This document shows positions 10,201-18,539 of a stretch of DNA of 64,000 nt, piece by piece. The DNA is from an uncultured virus (IMG/VR IMGVR_UViG_3300030061_003823). Lineage: Duplodnaviria; Heunggongvirae; Uroviricota; Caudoviricetes. A program made the translations under genes and the position numbers. Position 1 is the stretch's first letter, and the number at the start of each line of letters is the position of its first letter. The DNA lies in the IMG/VR virus record IMGVR_UViG_3300030061_003823; one strand, 5' to 3'. The notes beneath the pieces are model-generated. The model had not been told where the DNA came from and searched no databases. It saw nothing but the letters and a program-made list of their open reading frames with translations.

Positions 10201-10325
10201 GTAACACCACAAAATTCCCAAACATTTCCATAGTTACCAGGACCACCCGGAACTTGTTGTTCGTTAAGGAGTAATGCATCGTTCCAGTTAGAATAGTATT
10301 CGTTAAGTAATTTCCTATTTTTCAT
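7290..10325 (-). CDS. large Cys-rich repeat protein (about 12-14 GCTDxxAxNYxPxAxxDDGSC repeats) with terminal tags
   Basis: Repeats read directly from the translation; N-term LLNEQ, C-term IKEEFSRMKTIWNY. Confidence 0.9.
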   Translation of the reverse strand: MKNRKLLNEYYSNWNDALLLNEQQVPGGPGNYGNVWEFCGVTPGPQGQLGATAFSIGLNAGTVQYGDIADVDYGVNGYYLGIPNYWVPEKCNDQLCTQADVGNEFEVIIKPNHYQAATYHLRLVSVGQSTPTVTNVCNYGSNPPATNIYNCPHYYNNFVDGNCLPSPEYGCTDPTATNYLPTATMDDGSCVYPIPGCTDPAANNYNPNATVDDGSCTFTDICHGELSWMICDQGNSGYPPGSGPVWSSMGPGTVAPTPDGCFQCDGQMCTAADIGQPFQLPNYTGGVPTTAVGLLDSIALPKYMQPQDIYNAQAAVCPPPQGCTNPLATNYDPLAVVDDGSCIIPGCTDVNANNYLPSATIDDGSCTYDVLGCTDSTATNYDPLATVDDGSCYWEGCTDPTATNYDPNATVDDGSCIIPGCTDPAATNYNPNATIDDGSCVFPTVGCTDPTASNYNPVATVDDGSCYWLGCTDPAATNYDPNATQDDGSCIYPVYGCTDPAATNYNSLATVDDGSCVYPIPGCTDPLAFNYDPNATVDDGSCLYDGCTDINATNFNPNANADCSGVPGGPDTSCCIYPVPGCPDPTVVGPIVNTGTQFCVNGCEVYDPLAIGCPDNNGLVVPGDTSCCCFLGCTDVNATNYDPLACIDDNSCQLPPPINCSCCEVGQPGTISQPVGIMINGWTPGGCASLNSATLTNCDTAQAFDPTDCEPDCTTFDFSSATNLPNSLGSTYTMLNDAYNMGLQNSQAYGIMDGNSTFCYEFCVAGGGTHWACDCCGDIHDCDQDTYWPKPYGCWTCRDDNTCGQPSPSWMSSNMTLNYYNNQADCLADAPVNCPPKPSCDNTPEFCSQTPSLTPGGSCWICHHQTVCLPVYDYLEYGSGPPGSTGTYSFMMNWLIPQGTNPQTYKTPQGSDLFCNAQDCVANSPCTEWDTWKAEDCGPPPGGCPPNEIWYPYPKCECGLPKVIDPVDKKRPKDKEKEKELDVEKTDSDRENKETIKEEFSRMKTIWNYKL

Positions 10326-10373
10326 ATATTATAAATACGTTACAACCCATAAAAGAAAAGGGGTTTTTTTAGG

Positions 10374-10739
10374 TTATTCGTTACTTTCCAACAATAATTC
10401 TCCTAACACTTCAATTTTACCCATTAATTCCTGAAAGGCTGTCTGACTAAGATTCATATCTTCGTTAGTAGAAGAATAAAGTTTTTCAAGATGTTTGTTA
10501 TATTCTTTCTTAGCCGTATCCATATTTAATTTACCTTCTGCCGCTTTTTTGTAATAAGGTAATTTAACTCTAAAGTGATTATAAGTTAAAAGAGAAAGTC
10601 CTCCCTTTTCCTTAGCACTATCACTAATCTTTTCAGCACCAGAACCTCTTTTCTCAGCAAACTCTTCCATTTCAGTTTCACCAGATAATTCTTTTGCTTC
10701 GTTTAGTAATTGTTTGTATCTATTCAATAAATCTCTCAT
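10374..10739 (-). CDS. hypothetical protein with N-terminal tag (RYKQLLNE)
   Basis: 121 aa ORF; TATTTATA at 10756-10763. Confidence 0.8.
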   Translation of the reverse strand: MRDLLNRYKQLLNEAKELSGETEMEEFAEKRGSGAEKISDSAKEKGGLSLLTYNHFRVKLPYYKKAAEGKLNMDTAKKEYNKHLEKLYSSTNEDMNLSQTAFQELMGKIEVLGELLLESNE

Positions 10740-10866
10740 CTTATAATTGTTTTATTATAAATACCATAAATTAAAGAAAAGGGGCTGGGGTCGGGGGAGA
10801 CGAGACCGAAGGTCCGGACGACAGTCCGGTTCCGAGTTCCGGCGGTCAATTTTATAGTAGACTTTC

Positions 10867-10897
10867 TTGGCCACATCATTATAATTGCTTATCTTTG
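10867..10897 (+). promoter_or_regulatory. Bacteroidota-type housekeeping promoter (-33 TTGG.../-7 TATCTTTG)
   Basis: TATCTTTG at 10890-10897, 4 nt before ATG 10902. Confidence 0.75.
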
Positions 10898-10901
10898 TCC
10901 T

Positions 10902-11096
10902 ATGAAAGAAGTAGACCAACTATTAAAACAATGGATTCCAGTGAATACCGTCGTAAGAGAACAAATTAGAAAAGCTATTCTTAAGGAAACAAAAGAAATG
11001 GCAAGTGAATACGCGGCATACTCACTAGATGTTAGACAACAGTTAATGGAAAGACCAATGACTTATGAAGAATGGTACGAAGCTCAAATAAAATAA
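10902..11096 (+). CDS. hypothetical protein
   Basis: 64 aa ORF directly after the promoter. Confidence 0.75.
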   Translation: MKEVDQLLKQWIPVNTVVREQIRKAILKETKEMASEYAAYSLDVRQQLMERPMTYEEWYEAQIK

Positions 11097-11100
11097 AAAT

Positions 11101-11391
11101 ATGACAGGAACAATAATACTAATAGTAGTAATAATAGCAATTTATCATTTAGGAAAATATGCAATCAAAGAAGGTAGAAGAATAGAAGACCATAAGGAAT
11201 TTATGGAAAACCTAAAAAAATGGGATAATCATAAAACCCCAGATAAAAAAAAAGAAATTATATACGAAAGAAATCCTGATACGGATAAAATAAGATCTCG
11301 TAAACTTGGAGATTATGATAACACCATAATGTACGATGATGGAGTATGTGAAGGAGAGTATGACCATGACGCAATAAGAGGTGAAGATTAA
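11101..11391 (+). CDS. hypothetical protein with N-terminal TM
   Basis: 96 aa; hydrophobic N-terminus. Confidence 0.75.
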   Translation: MTGTIILIVVIIAIYHLGKYAIKEGRRIEDHKEFMENLKKWDNHKTPDKKKEIIYERNPDTDKIRSRKLGDYDNTIMYDDGVCEGEYDHDAIRGED

Positions 11392-11511
11392 AAAGATAAA
11401 ACTTAACAAAGAAAACAGAATGTTACGTTTTGGATTTGGTAAACATAAAAACAAACCGTTCATAAGATTGGACCTTTGGTGGTTCGGTCTAAGAATAACA
11501 AAATAAAAACA

Positions 11512-11772
11512 ATGAGAATATCAATTGAATCCTTAGAACAAATAGCAAACGAGTTTACTTCCTTTGAGGTAGGTACTTCTTATAGACTTGGTTCCTTAAG
11601 TTTAAGATTTGGTTATTGGAGAAAAGTAGATATTGAAAAATTGAAACGAATTCTCCCTAAAGATATTACAGTAGAAGAAAATCTCGTTGATGAAGATGAT
11701 GAATGTGGTGGAGAGTTATGGAACTACATTATTAGTCCAAGTTCTTACACTAAGTTACGGGGTGTAGCGTAG
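11512..11772 (+). CDS. hypothetical protein (3' end overlaps tRNA-Pro)
   Basis: ATG at 11512 within track ORF 11476-11772. Confidence 0.65.
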   Translation: MRISIESLEQIANEFTSFEVGTSYRLGSLSLRFGYWRKVDIEKLKRILPKDITVEENLVDEDDECGGELWNYIISPSSYTKLRGVA

Positions 11773-11832
11773 CCCGGTTATCGCGCCACGTTTGGGACGT
11801 GGAGGCCGCAGGTTCGAATCCTGCCACCCCGA
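11758..11832 (+). tRNA. tRNA-Pro (anticodon TGG), CCA not encoded
   Basis: CGGGGTG acceptor stem, CCACG-TTTGGGA-CGTGG anticodon arm, GGTTCGAATCC T-arm. Confidence 0.95.
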
Positions 11833-11833
11833 C

Positions 11834-12070
11834 TTACCTCCATGGTAATAAAGTCATTCCGATTTGATTGAGAAGATATTCTAATCCTATAAATAAACCA
11901 CCACAAAAAACTATTTGATAGAACCACCATTTCCACCCTTCTAAACTAAGAGCCCATTTACGTAATGGAGATTTCATAGCCCATTCATAAAAACCAGACT
12001 TCATACCAATCTTCTCAGCCCACCAATTAGGGTCTACTATACTCTTTATAAATTTTAATATTTTAATCAT
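11834..12070 (-). CDS. small Trp-rich membrane protein
   Basis: 78 aa with a C-terminal TM segment. Confidence 0.75.
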   Translation of the reverse strand: MIKILKFIKSIVDPNWWAEKIGMKSGFYEWAMKSPLRKWALSLEGWKWWFYQIVFCGGLFIGLEYLLNQIGMTLLPWR

Positions 12071-12149
12071 CCCCTAATTTTTCTATTACCCAGAATATAA
12101 ATCTAAAGGTTAAATAGATACTCACTATTATTATAGTCCCTAATATCAT
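12063..12149 (-). CDS. 28-aa single-TM peptide (not in ORF track)
   Basis: MILGTIIIVSIYLTFRFIFWVIEKLGDD; overlaps both neighbouring genes, suggesting translational coupling. Confidence 0.55.
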   Translation of the reverse strand: MILGTIIIVSIYLTFRFIFWVIEKLGDD

Positions 12150-12253
12150 TTCTTTGTACAACACTCCTTATGATCCTTAGGAACGTCACTAGTTACTGAA
12201 CACCCTGCGGAAAATAATAGTAGTATAAACAATATGTGTTTTATTTTAATCAT
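12146..12253 (-). CDS. 35-aa putative lipoprotein (not in ORF track)
   Basis: MIKIKHILFILLLFSAG-C lipobox; TATTTATA at 12257-12264. Confidence 0.6.
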   Translation of the reverse strand: MIKIKHILFILLLFSAGCSVTSDVPKDHKECCTKK

Positions 12254-12269
12254 AACTATAAATACCAAA

Positions 12270-13380
12270 ACATCCATTAAAAAATTCTGGCAAAAAATTT
12301 TTCACTAAAACCAAATTATACCCACCCCCTCTTTTATTATAGGGTAATTAATAACTCAAACCTCTAAGCAAAAATTTCTCAGAAAATTTATTTGCAGCGT
12401 CGCCGCCCCTTATGAGTGGTGTCATACCTACTGTAAGAGGGGATACACGGGGGGTACCCAGGGGGGAGGGGGCCCCTAGGGGGTACTCATTCATTCATAG
12501 GGGGGTCATGCCACCTACCCCCAGGGGGGTGTGTAGTGGATGGTCAGGGGGGTAAGGGACAGGGAGTGACTAGCTAGCGTGGTTAGGACACGGGCCTAGG
12601 TGCCCGCCCTACCACCCCTAAGGTACGAAATGTTTTCCACGTGGCCTAATTTAATCTATGACAATGTGACAAAATAATTTAGATGTTCATAACTTTCCCA
12701 GGAGTTATTAACAGTGGTAATATTGTCAGGTAAATAATTTGGCCATGTCAGGAATTTTCCGTACCTTTGTAGGGCGGGCGGGAAGGTATGCTTGCACGTG
12801 AAATAGTTCCGGGCATCGCACTACCCACCCACCTGCACCCTAAAGGTACAACTAATAATTAACGTGGCCTAATTACGGAACCATTAGTTATCAACAATTA
12901 TCGGGGTTTTCCACGAGAGAATCCACGATTTGTTAGCAACTTGTCAAAAAATCCGGGACTTAAATGAAACAATTTCCGAAAGGGGCAACGCAGGTAGAGA
13001 CGTTTTTCGAGGTTTAGTTACTAGATCCACTCATAGTGTCATTTTATAAATCACGGTTTTTGCCGATGAAAACCCACATTATAGTGGTGGTAGATAGTGG
13101 TAGTAAGTGGGAAATGGTGGTAAAGAGTGCTCCGTAGTAATGATTAGTAAAGGAATCCTTTAACAATAATTATGGTACAAATGGGGAAAAGTACTGTGTA
13201 AAGGATAAATAAACCCTCATACACTGTATATGGTGACATGTATTAAACGTTCTTAGTGGGGAACATATAGGGGATCGCATCCCATAAAAAAAGACCCCTA
13301 AGGGTCTCTTTGTTTGCGTGTCTAAATGTATACAACCTCAATGGTGTTTTAGTGTATAATCTTCAATGGAATCCCATTAC
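12270..13380. other. long non-coding region with G/C tracts, promoter-like repeats and DnaA-box-like 9-mers (candidate origin/terminus)
   Basis: No ORF of 60 aa or more; GC-rich G-runs at 12438-12560; TTATCAACA, TTATTAACA and TTTTCCACG sites. Confidence 0.5.
13286..13311 (-). terminator. intrinsic terminator
   Basis: AGACCC-CTAA-GGGTCT hairpin with a U tract on the minus strand, downstream of the 13383 gene. Confidence 0.7.
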
Positions 13381-13382
13381 AT

Positions 13383-13700
13383 TTATCCTAGAGTGAAACC
13401 TTGAGTTAGTTCACTACATGGTTTATATCCACAACACTTCCATTTCCATCCATCACCATCGTGTGGTCCTGTTTGAACATGACCTAGTACAGGTTTCTTT
13501 TCATAACATACACAACATTCTTTTTCTTTATCTTCTTGTATACCTTGAGGTGATTGTCCTACAGGTTTTTCACCATCTGCACATTTTCTATATTTAGTAC
13601 ATTTCCATTCACCACCCATCCATTCATATCTTCTACAACACTTCTCTTTCTCTTGGAGTAATGAGAGTTCTTCTTTGATTATTCTTATTAAGTTTTTCAT
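13383..13700 (-). CDS. tag-family protein with two Cys-rich microdomains
   Basis: MKNLIRIIKEELSLLQE tag; two CC...W...C...Y..C units. Confidence 0.8.
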   Translation of the reverse strand: MKNLIRIIKEELSLLQEKEKCCRRYEWMGGEWKCTKYRKCADGEKPVGQSPQGIQEDKEKECCVCYEKKPVLGHVQTGPHDGDGWKWKCCGYKPCSELTQGFTLG

Positions 13701-13712
13701 TGTTGTATTCTT

Positions 13713-14663
13713 TTATCTACTTCCTCTCATGTCTCTTGCTTTAGAAGAGTAAGGTCTTCTTCTAGCTTTATCCCTATCTTGTCTTCTTATTACTCTAGGA
13801 TTAATCTTCTTTTTATTTACAGTATCTTCATCATCATTGGCTTTCTTAAATGGGGCATCAGCACATCCAGGAGGACTATAACTGACACATTTGTTTATAC
13901 CATCAGAACCCATCACCCACTTTCTACAAATACAAGGTCCACCTGCTGTAATCTCTTCTTTTAATTTTCCTGGTTTATATGGATTATTTCTTACTTTACC
14001 TTTAGGTCCTACTGGTAAACCTGGTATTCCTCCTACTGAAGGAGTTCCACCTCCTCCACCACCGAGTCCACCATCATCAGGTAAGTGTGTTCTAGTATCT
14101 ACATACTCATCTTCCTCTTCTTCGTTAAAGAAATCTTGTTGGTCACTATGTGGAATAGTGTGAGAGTTTTCATACATACCGTCTCCTCTTCTTCTATTAG
14201 GTTTACCATAGTCACAAGGTTGTATTGACATATGAAGAGGACAACAACATAAATGACAAGCCATTCCTACTTCCCATTCATCTGGTAACTCTAGTCCCAT
14301 TTGGTCTAACTTACCTGACATCTCTTGTTGTGATTGTCTACTTGGCCATATTACTACTATATTGTTACCATCTAATCTTTCACTAGACTTATTTTCTCCC
14401 ATCATTTCTTTTTTATAAGACATACCTTGAGGTTCTTTTCTTCCTCCTTCCTTAAACTGTTGTGGATTTGTACCACCCATAATGTTTAACCTACCTGCTG
14501 GTTTGTTCATATGAGTCTTTGTTACTAACTTAGACGAACCCATACCTATATTAGGAGAGTCGTCAGTGGATAGATTTCCTACACCACCAGTATTTTCATT
14601 TACTTTATTTTCTACTAGTCTTGCTAGTTGGGATTGGGAAATCTTTACACGTCTTGTTTTCAT
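13713..14663 (-). CDS. tag-family low-complexity protein with Cys microdomains
   Basis: VKISQSQLARLVE tag; CHLCCCP and CICRKW...C units. Confidence 0.8.
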   Translation of the reverse strand: MKTRRVKISQSQLARLVENKVNENTGGVGNLSTDDSPNIGMGSSKLVTKTHMNKPAGRLNIMGGTNPQQFKEGGRKEPQGMSYKKEMMGENKSSERLDGNNIVVIWPSRQSQQEMSGKLDQMGLELPDEWEVGMACHLCCCPLHMSIQPCDYGKPNRRRGDGMYENSHTIPHSDQQDFFNEEEEDEYVDTRTHLPDDGGLGGGGGGTPSVGGIPGLPVGPKGKVRNNPYKPGKLKEEITAGGPCICRKWVMGSDGINKCVSYSPPGCADAPFKKANDDEDTVNKKKINPRVIRRQDRDKARRRPYSSKARDMRGSR

Positions 14664-14890
14664 CTGATTAGTTGTTTTGTTTGCGCCTCATGTTGTATCG
14701 CATACATTCTTGATTTATACTGATTAACTAGAGCTTCATTTTCTGGTGTATATAATACCTTATGGGTTGCATCTATGTTTTTCATTTGTTCGTCTAGTGA
14801 TAACTGAGGAACTTGTTTCATCATGTTCTCTAAACGTATATACTCACTCATTAGAGTGTTATATCTCATTGCTTTTTCTTTTTCATTCAT
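14660..14890 (-). CDS. hypothetical protein
   Basis: 76 aa; TATTTATA at 14906-14913. Confidence 0.75.
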   Translation of the reverse strand: MNEKEKAMRYNTLMSEYIRLENMMKQVPQLSLDEQMKNIDATHKVLYTPENEALVNQYKSRMYAIQHEAQTKQLIR

Positions 14891-15252
14891 AATAACTGTT
14901 TTTATTATAAATATGCACGTTATTCCTTATGTAAAGGTCTAAACTAATCTAGTTTCTTTAAGACCTTTGAATGCATTAACACAATCCTCTGTTGTTTCAC
15001 TCTAACATTCACTAAGGAGGACTAAGTCTTATAAGTACACGACCATTACCTGAACGAAGTGAGGGGGAATAATGGGAGAGGAGTTGTAAGACTTAGAACT
15101 TAAAGTTATCTATTGTGCACCTCGAACCAGAAGGTACTATCCTCCCATCCCTCCTTTCTTGTTTTTTACTTATCTCTTGTGTACCTCGAACCTTCGGTAT
15201 CTTTCCCCCAGCCCCCTACACTTTAATCTCTGTAGTGAGTATTTATATTAAT

Positions 15253-16275
15253 ATGAGGGAATCATTAGACAAATACAATAAACTATTAAATGAACAGGCC
15301 ACTTCTTATAAAATAAGTGCTGACTGGTGTAATGGTTATGGTGACTGGAGTTGTAGTAATACCTGGCCAATTGGTGGAACATATGGGGCTTGTGATCCAA
15401 ATGGAGACCCTTGGCCTGATTATCAGAATAAAACACTTACATGGTCTGCTGTTAGTGATATCGGTGGACAAACACCTCAAGTGGGTATGTATATCAAATA
15501 TCGTAACCTTGCTTGGTATGTTAAAAATGTTACTCCTATTAGTGGTAGTGGTGGTATTTCATTGAATCCACATCCTGGAGGTAATTTATGTAGTTCTAAA
15601 TTTGTATGTGGACACGACTTACAAGGAAATCCTAATTGTACACAAGTAGGACTTTCACATGAGGGAACTTCGTTTTTTGCAACTGGGAACGAATTTGGTT
15701 CTATGGAATATTGTCAAGATAATTGTTCTCAAATTAATCCACCTCCGCCACCTCCTAATACAACATGTACTACAAACATCCCAGGACTTAATATTATAAA
15801 ACCATTAAATCAATCAGGTCTTAGTCAACCTGGTATACAAAATCTTAATCCTCCTCCAACAGATGCGGAGTGTGTTATGGAATACTTTGTTTTTGATTCA
15901 TCAACTCAAACATTAAAATTAAAAGGTTGTAATTCAGGTTTCTCAGGAAGTATGGATTTAACTATTAGCGGACCTGGAGGTTTTAATGCATCAAATTTTA
16001 ATAATTATGGGACTGAATATGTCGTACCTCCCACAATATCTGGAAACTATACTGCTAAAATTGAATGTGAGTATACCCAAGGAATAGATTCACATACTGT
16101 ATGTATAGGTGGTGACCACTCTTCTGGTTTTAGTGAAATCTCTTGTTCAAATACTGGAACCCTAGAAATTGATAAGGAATATCGTGGACCATCAGAACCA
16201 ACTAACCCTAACATTGGTGCCAAAAAAATAAATCCAGAAGATGATGAAATAAGTAGAATTAAAGAATTATTTTAA
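15253..16275 (+). CDS. Cys/Gly-rich modular protein with terminal tags
   Basis: Start re-assigned to ATG 15253 after TATTTATA 15240-15247; KYNKLLNEQ and C-term DEISRIKELF. Confidence 0.85.
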   Translation: MRESLDKYNKLLNEQATSYKISADWCNGYGDWSCSNTWPIGGTYGACDPNGDPWPDYQNKTLTWSAVSDIGGQTPQVGMYIKYRNLAWYVKNVTPISGSGGISLNPHPGGNLCSSKFVCGHDLQGNPNCTQVGLSHEGTSFFATGNEFGSMEYCQDNCSQINPPPPPPNTTCTTNIPGLNIIKPLNQSGLSQPGIQNLNPPPTDAECVMEYFVFDSSTQTLKLKGCNSGFSGSMDLTISGPGGFNASNFNNYGTEYVVPPTISGNYTAKIECEYTQGIDSHTVCIGGDHSSGFSEISCSNTGTLEIDKEYRGPSEPTNPNIGAKKINPEDDEISRIKELF

Positions 16276-16352
16276 TGATTACTTTATTCTATTTCGTGGG
16301 TATTTATATGTAATGTACAATAAACTATACAAAAACAAACTTAAATAAAAAC

Positions 16353-18359
16353 ATGAAAACACCGAAAAAACTCACAGAAGAACTAAATAGAGGTAGAACA
16401 TTAATGGGTCTTAAACCATTAAACTCCAAGAATACATTATCAGAACAAATAGGAAGTAATAATAACACGTATCATGAATGGTTCGATTGTTCTAATGCTG
16501 TATTTTTAGGAAGTGGTATTAGATACTGGGACCGTTTTAGTATAGATGCTGCAATTGCTCAATACGGTCAGGGCGTCGCAGGGGCGAATGGTTCAAGTCC
16601 AGTTAGTAGTTATGGATGGTATATGGGAGCACCATCTCCATATAATAGCGCATCACAAAATCCTAATAATGGAAGTCTACAAAATTATGCAACTCATCAA
16701 AATAGTGAGGCCTTTTGGCTAGGGATGGGTTCTCCATCACCGGGCACTACATTAAAATACACTAGTGGTTCTCAAGGACCAAATCCACAGGATTACTGTT
16801 TAGAGTATGTTGGTCCCGTAAGTGTTCCTTCGACAGGACAGCACATGATGATGATGGGTACAGACTCAATAACAAACATACAGGGACCATACGGAGATTG
16901 TCAAATGTGTCAACTGGGAGTTATGGCACCAACTTATGATTGTGTTAATGGTAGTTGTATAGATCCTGGTGATGGTAGTGGACAGTTTTCAGGAGCAAAC
17001 GCTTATACTGATTGTAATAATACCTGTGGTGTTGGAAACCCACAAGAGTTTTATAGATGTCATGACTGTACTACTCCATGTTCTCAGACTGTAGTAGATG
17101 CTGGTCATTGTCCTTATACTACAACACAAGATTGTCAGGACCAATGTGCAGAATCAAATAAATGGACATGTGGGATGCCAGATAAGTTTGGAAATCCAAG
17201 ATGTGTTAGATGTAGAGAATATCAACTATGGGATGGTACCACTTGTTATCCTACAAAGCAGATGTGTCTAGACAGTGATTGTCCTGGTAAATTACCACTG
17301 GATAAAGAAATGATGAAAGATAGGGATATGAGTATGTCAAATAACTCTTCTTTAAGTAAAGAAAAAGAACCGTTTACAGATGTAAGAGATAGGGAAGAAG
17401 AAGTAGAGAAAATAAGAATAAAAGAATCGGATATTACCAATCTCGTACGAAAGTTAATAAAAGAACGAGAATTAGACAAAGGTAGTAGTATGGAATCTCA
17501 ATTAAAGTCTGGAGGAAGAATTGATATTAAGTCAGATCAAGTAGATATAGAAATGAGTGATGGAGAAGTTAATGATATCGACCCATCTGCAGAATCTAGT
17601 GAGAAACTGGAAAAGTATGAAGAGTGTGGTGGTGGTGATAGCTCTCTAATGTGTGGTGAGGAATCTTGTTCATTCACTTTAAGTATAACACAATTTGATG
17701 CAAACTCAGTTAGTATGGAGGCTCAATTATGTGGACAAGGTACCATAAAGTTCTATAAGGATGGGGTACACAAGATGACAAGTATAGGAACCTGTCCAAA
17801 TTACACTAGATCGGTAGGTTTATTAGGATTATATATTCAGTCTAATCCAGCTTCACCTTATTATAAGACTACCTATTACTTTAACGCCGTACTTGAATGT
17901 CTTAATGGACAGGTGTATGAACAAACAGTTTGTGTTGGACCAGATATGCAAGTAAAACCTTGTCCTGCTTCGCCAGATCAACCAATGCCTAATAATTCAG
18001 TGGCTGAAAGTTATCAATCTTTCCTTAAAGAGGAAGAAGAGGATTACGATATGGACATGGAAGAATTAGTAGGAGAAGACGAAGGTTCACCTGTGTTTAT
18101 GGTAACAAAAGGAGATGGGAGAGAGTACACTGTAGATGAAACTCATAAAGAATTTGACGAAATATATGGTATAGCTAAGTCGAGTAAACCAGTTCCATCT
18201 AGACCATTAATACCATCAGGAAAACAAAGTTGGTGTTGTAAAGGAGGTAATGGGGGTTGTTGTAGTTGGAAAGCATCACACAGTGAAGATAATTGGGTAA
18301 TTAAGTGGAAAGCTTGTTGTTCATCTAGTTGGAGTGGTTTCTGTTGTAACTTCCAATAG
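16353..18359 (+). CDS. Cys-rich multi-module protein with N-terminal and internal tags
   Basis: LTEELNRGRTLMGL...LSEQ; internal KIRIKESDITNLVRKLIKE; Cys-rich C-terminus. Confidence 0.85.
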   Translation: MKTPKKLTEELNRGRTLMGLKPLNSKNTLSEQIGSNNNTYHEWFDCSNAVFLGSGIRYWDRFSIDAAIAQYGQGVAGANGSSPVSSYGWYMGAPSPYNSASQNPNNGSLQNYATHQNSEAFWLGMGSPSPGTTLKYTSGSQGPNPQDYCLEYVGPVSVPSTGQHMMMMGTDSITNIQGPYGDCQMCQLGVMAPTYDCVNGSCIDPGDGSGQFSGANAYTDCNNTCGVGNPQEFYRCHDCTTPCSQTVVDAGHCPYTTTQDCQDQCAESNKWTCGMPDKFGNPRCVRCREYQLWDGTTCYPTKQMCLDSDCPGKLPLDKEMMKDRDMSMSNNSSLSKEKEPFTDVRDREEEVEKIRIKESDITNLVRKLIKERELDKGSSMESQLKSGGRIDIKSDQVDIEMSDGEVNDIDPSAESSEKLEKYEECGGGDSSLMCGEESCSFTLSITQFDANSVSMEAQLCGQGTIKFYKDGVHKMTSIGTCPNYTRSVGLLGLYIQSNPASPYYKTTYYFNAVLECLNGQVYEQTVCVGPDMQVKPCPASPDQPMPNNSVAESYQSFLKEEEEDYDMDMEELVGEDEGSPVFMVTKGDGREYTVDETHKEFDEIYGIAKSSKPVPSRPLIPSGKQSWCCKGGNGGCCSWKASHSEDNWVIKWKACCSSSWSGFCCNFQ

Positions 18360-18362
18360 TAT

Positions 18363-18539
18363 CTATGATGTAATATCCAGATCAACTAACTTCTCTCGTA
18401 TTTTCTTTAATTCTTGGCTAAGTCCTTTTAAGTGCCAACCATCCAGTCTATGGGCGGCATATAATTCAGTGATTAAAAATTCTCTTCTATCTTTTAATTT
18501 CTTGATTCTCTCCTCTTTAGTTAAGTTTCTTTGTCTCAT
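18363..18539 (-). CDS. small hypothetical protein (58 aa, not in ORF track)
   Basis: Manual translation MRQRNLTKEERIKKLKDRREF... Confidence 0.55.
   Translation of the reverse strand: MRQRNLTKEERIKKLKDRREFLITELYAAHRLDGWHLKGLSQELKKIREKLVDLDITS

Noticed and set aside
11758..11832. tRNA as a prophage attachment site
   Set aside because: No integrase, no duplicated tRNA 3' end and no change in gene style on either side
15115..15252. N-terminal extension of the track ORF 15115-16275
   Set aside because: It runs through a structured intergenic region; the ATG at 15253 follows the TATTTATA motif and starts with the family tag
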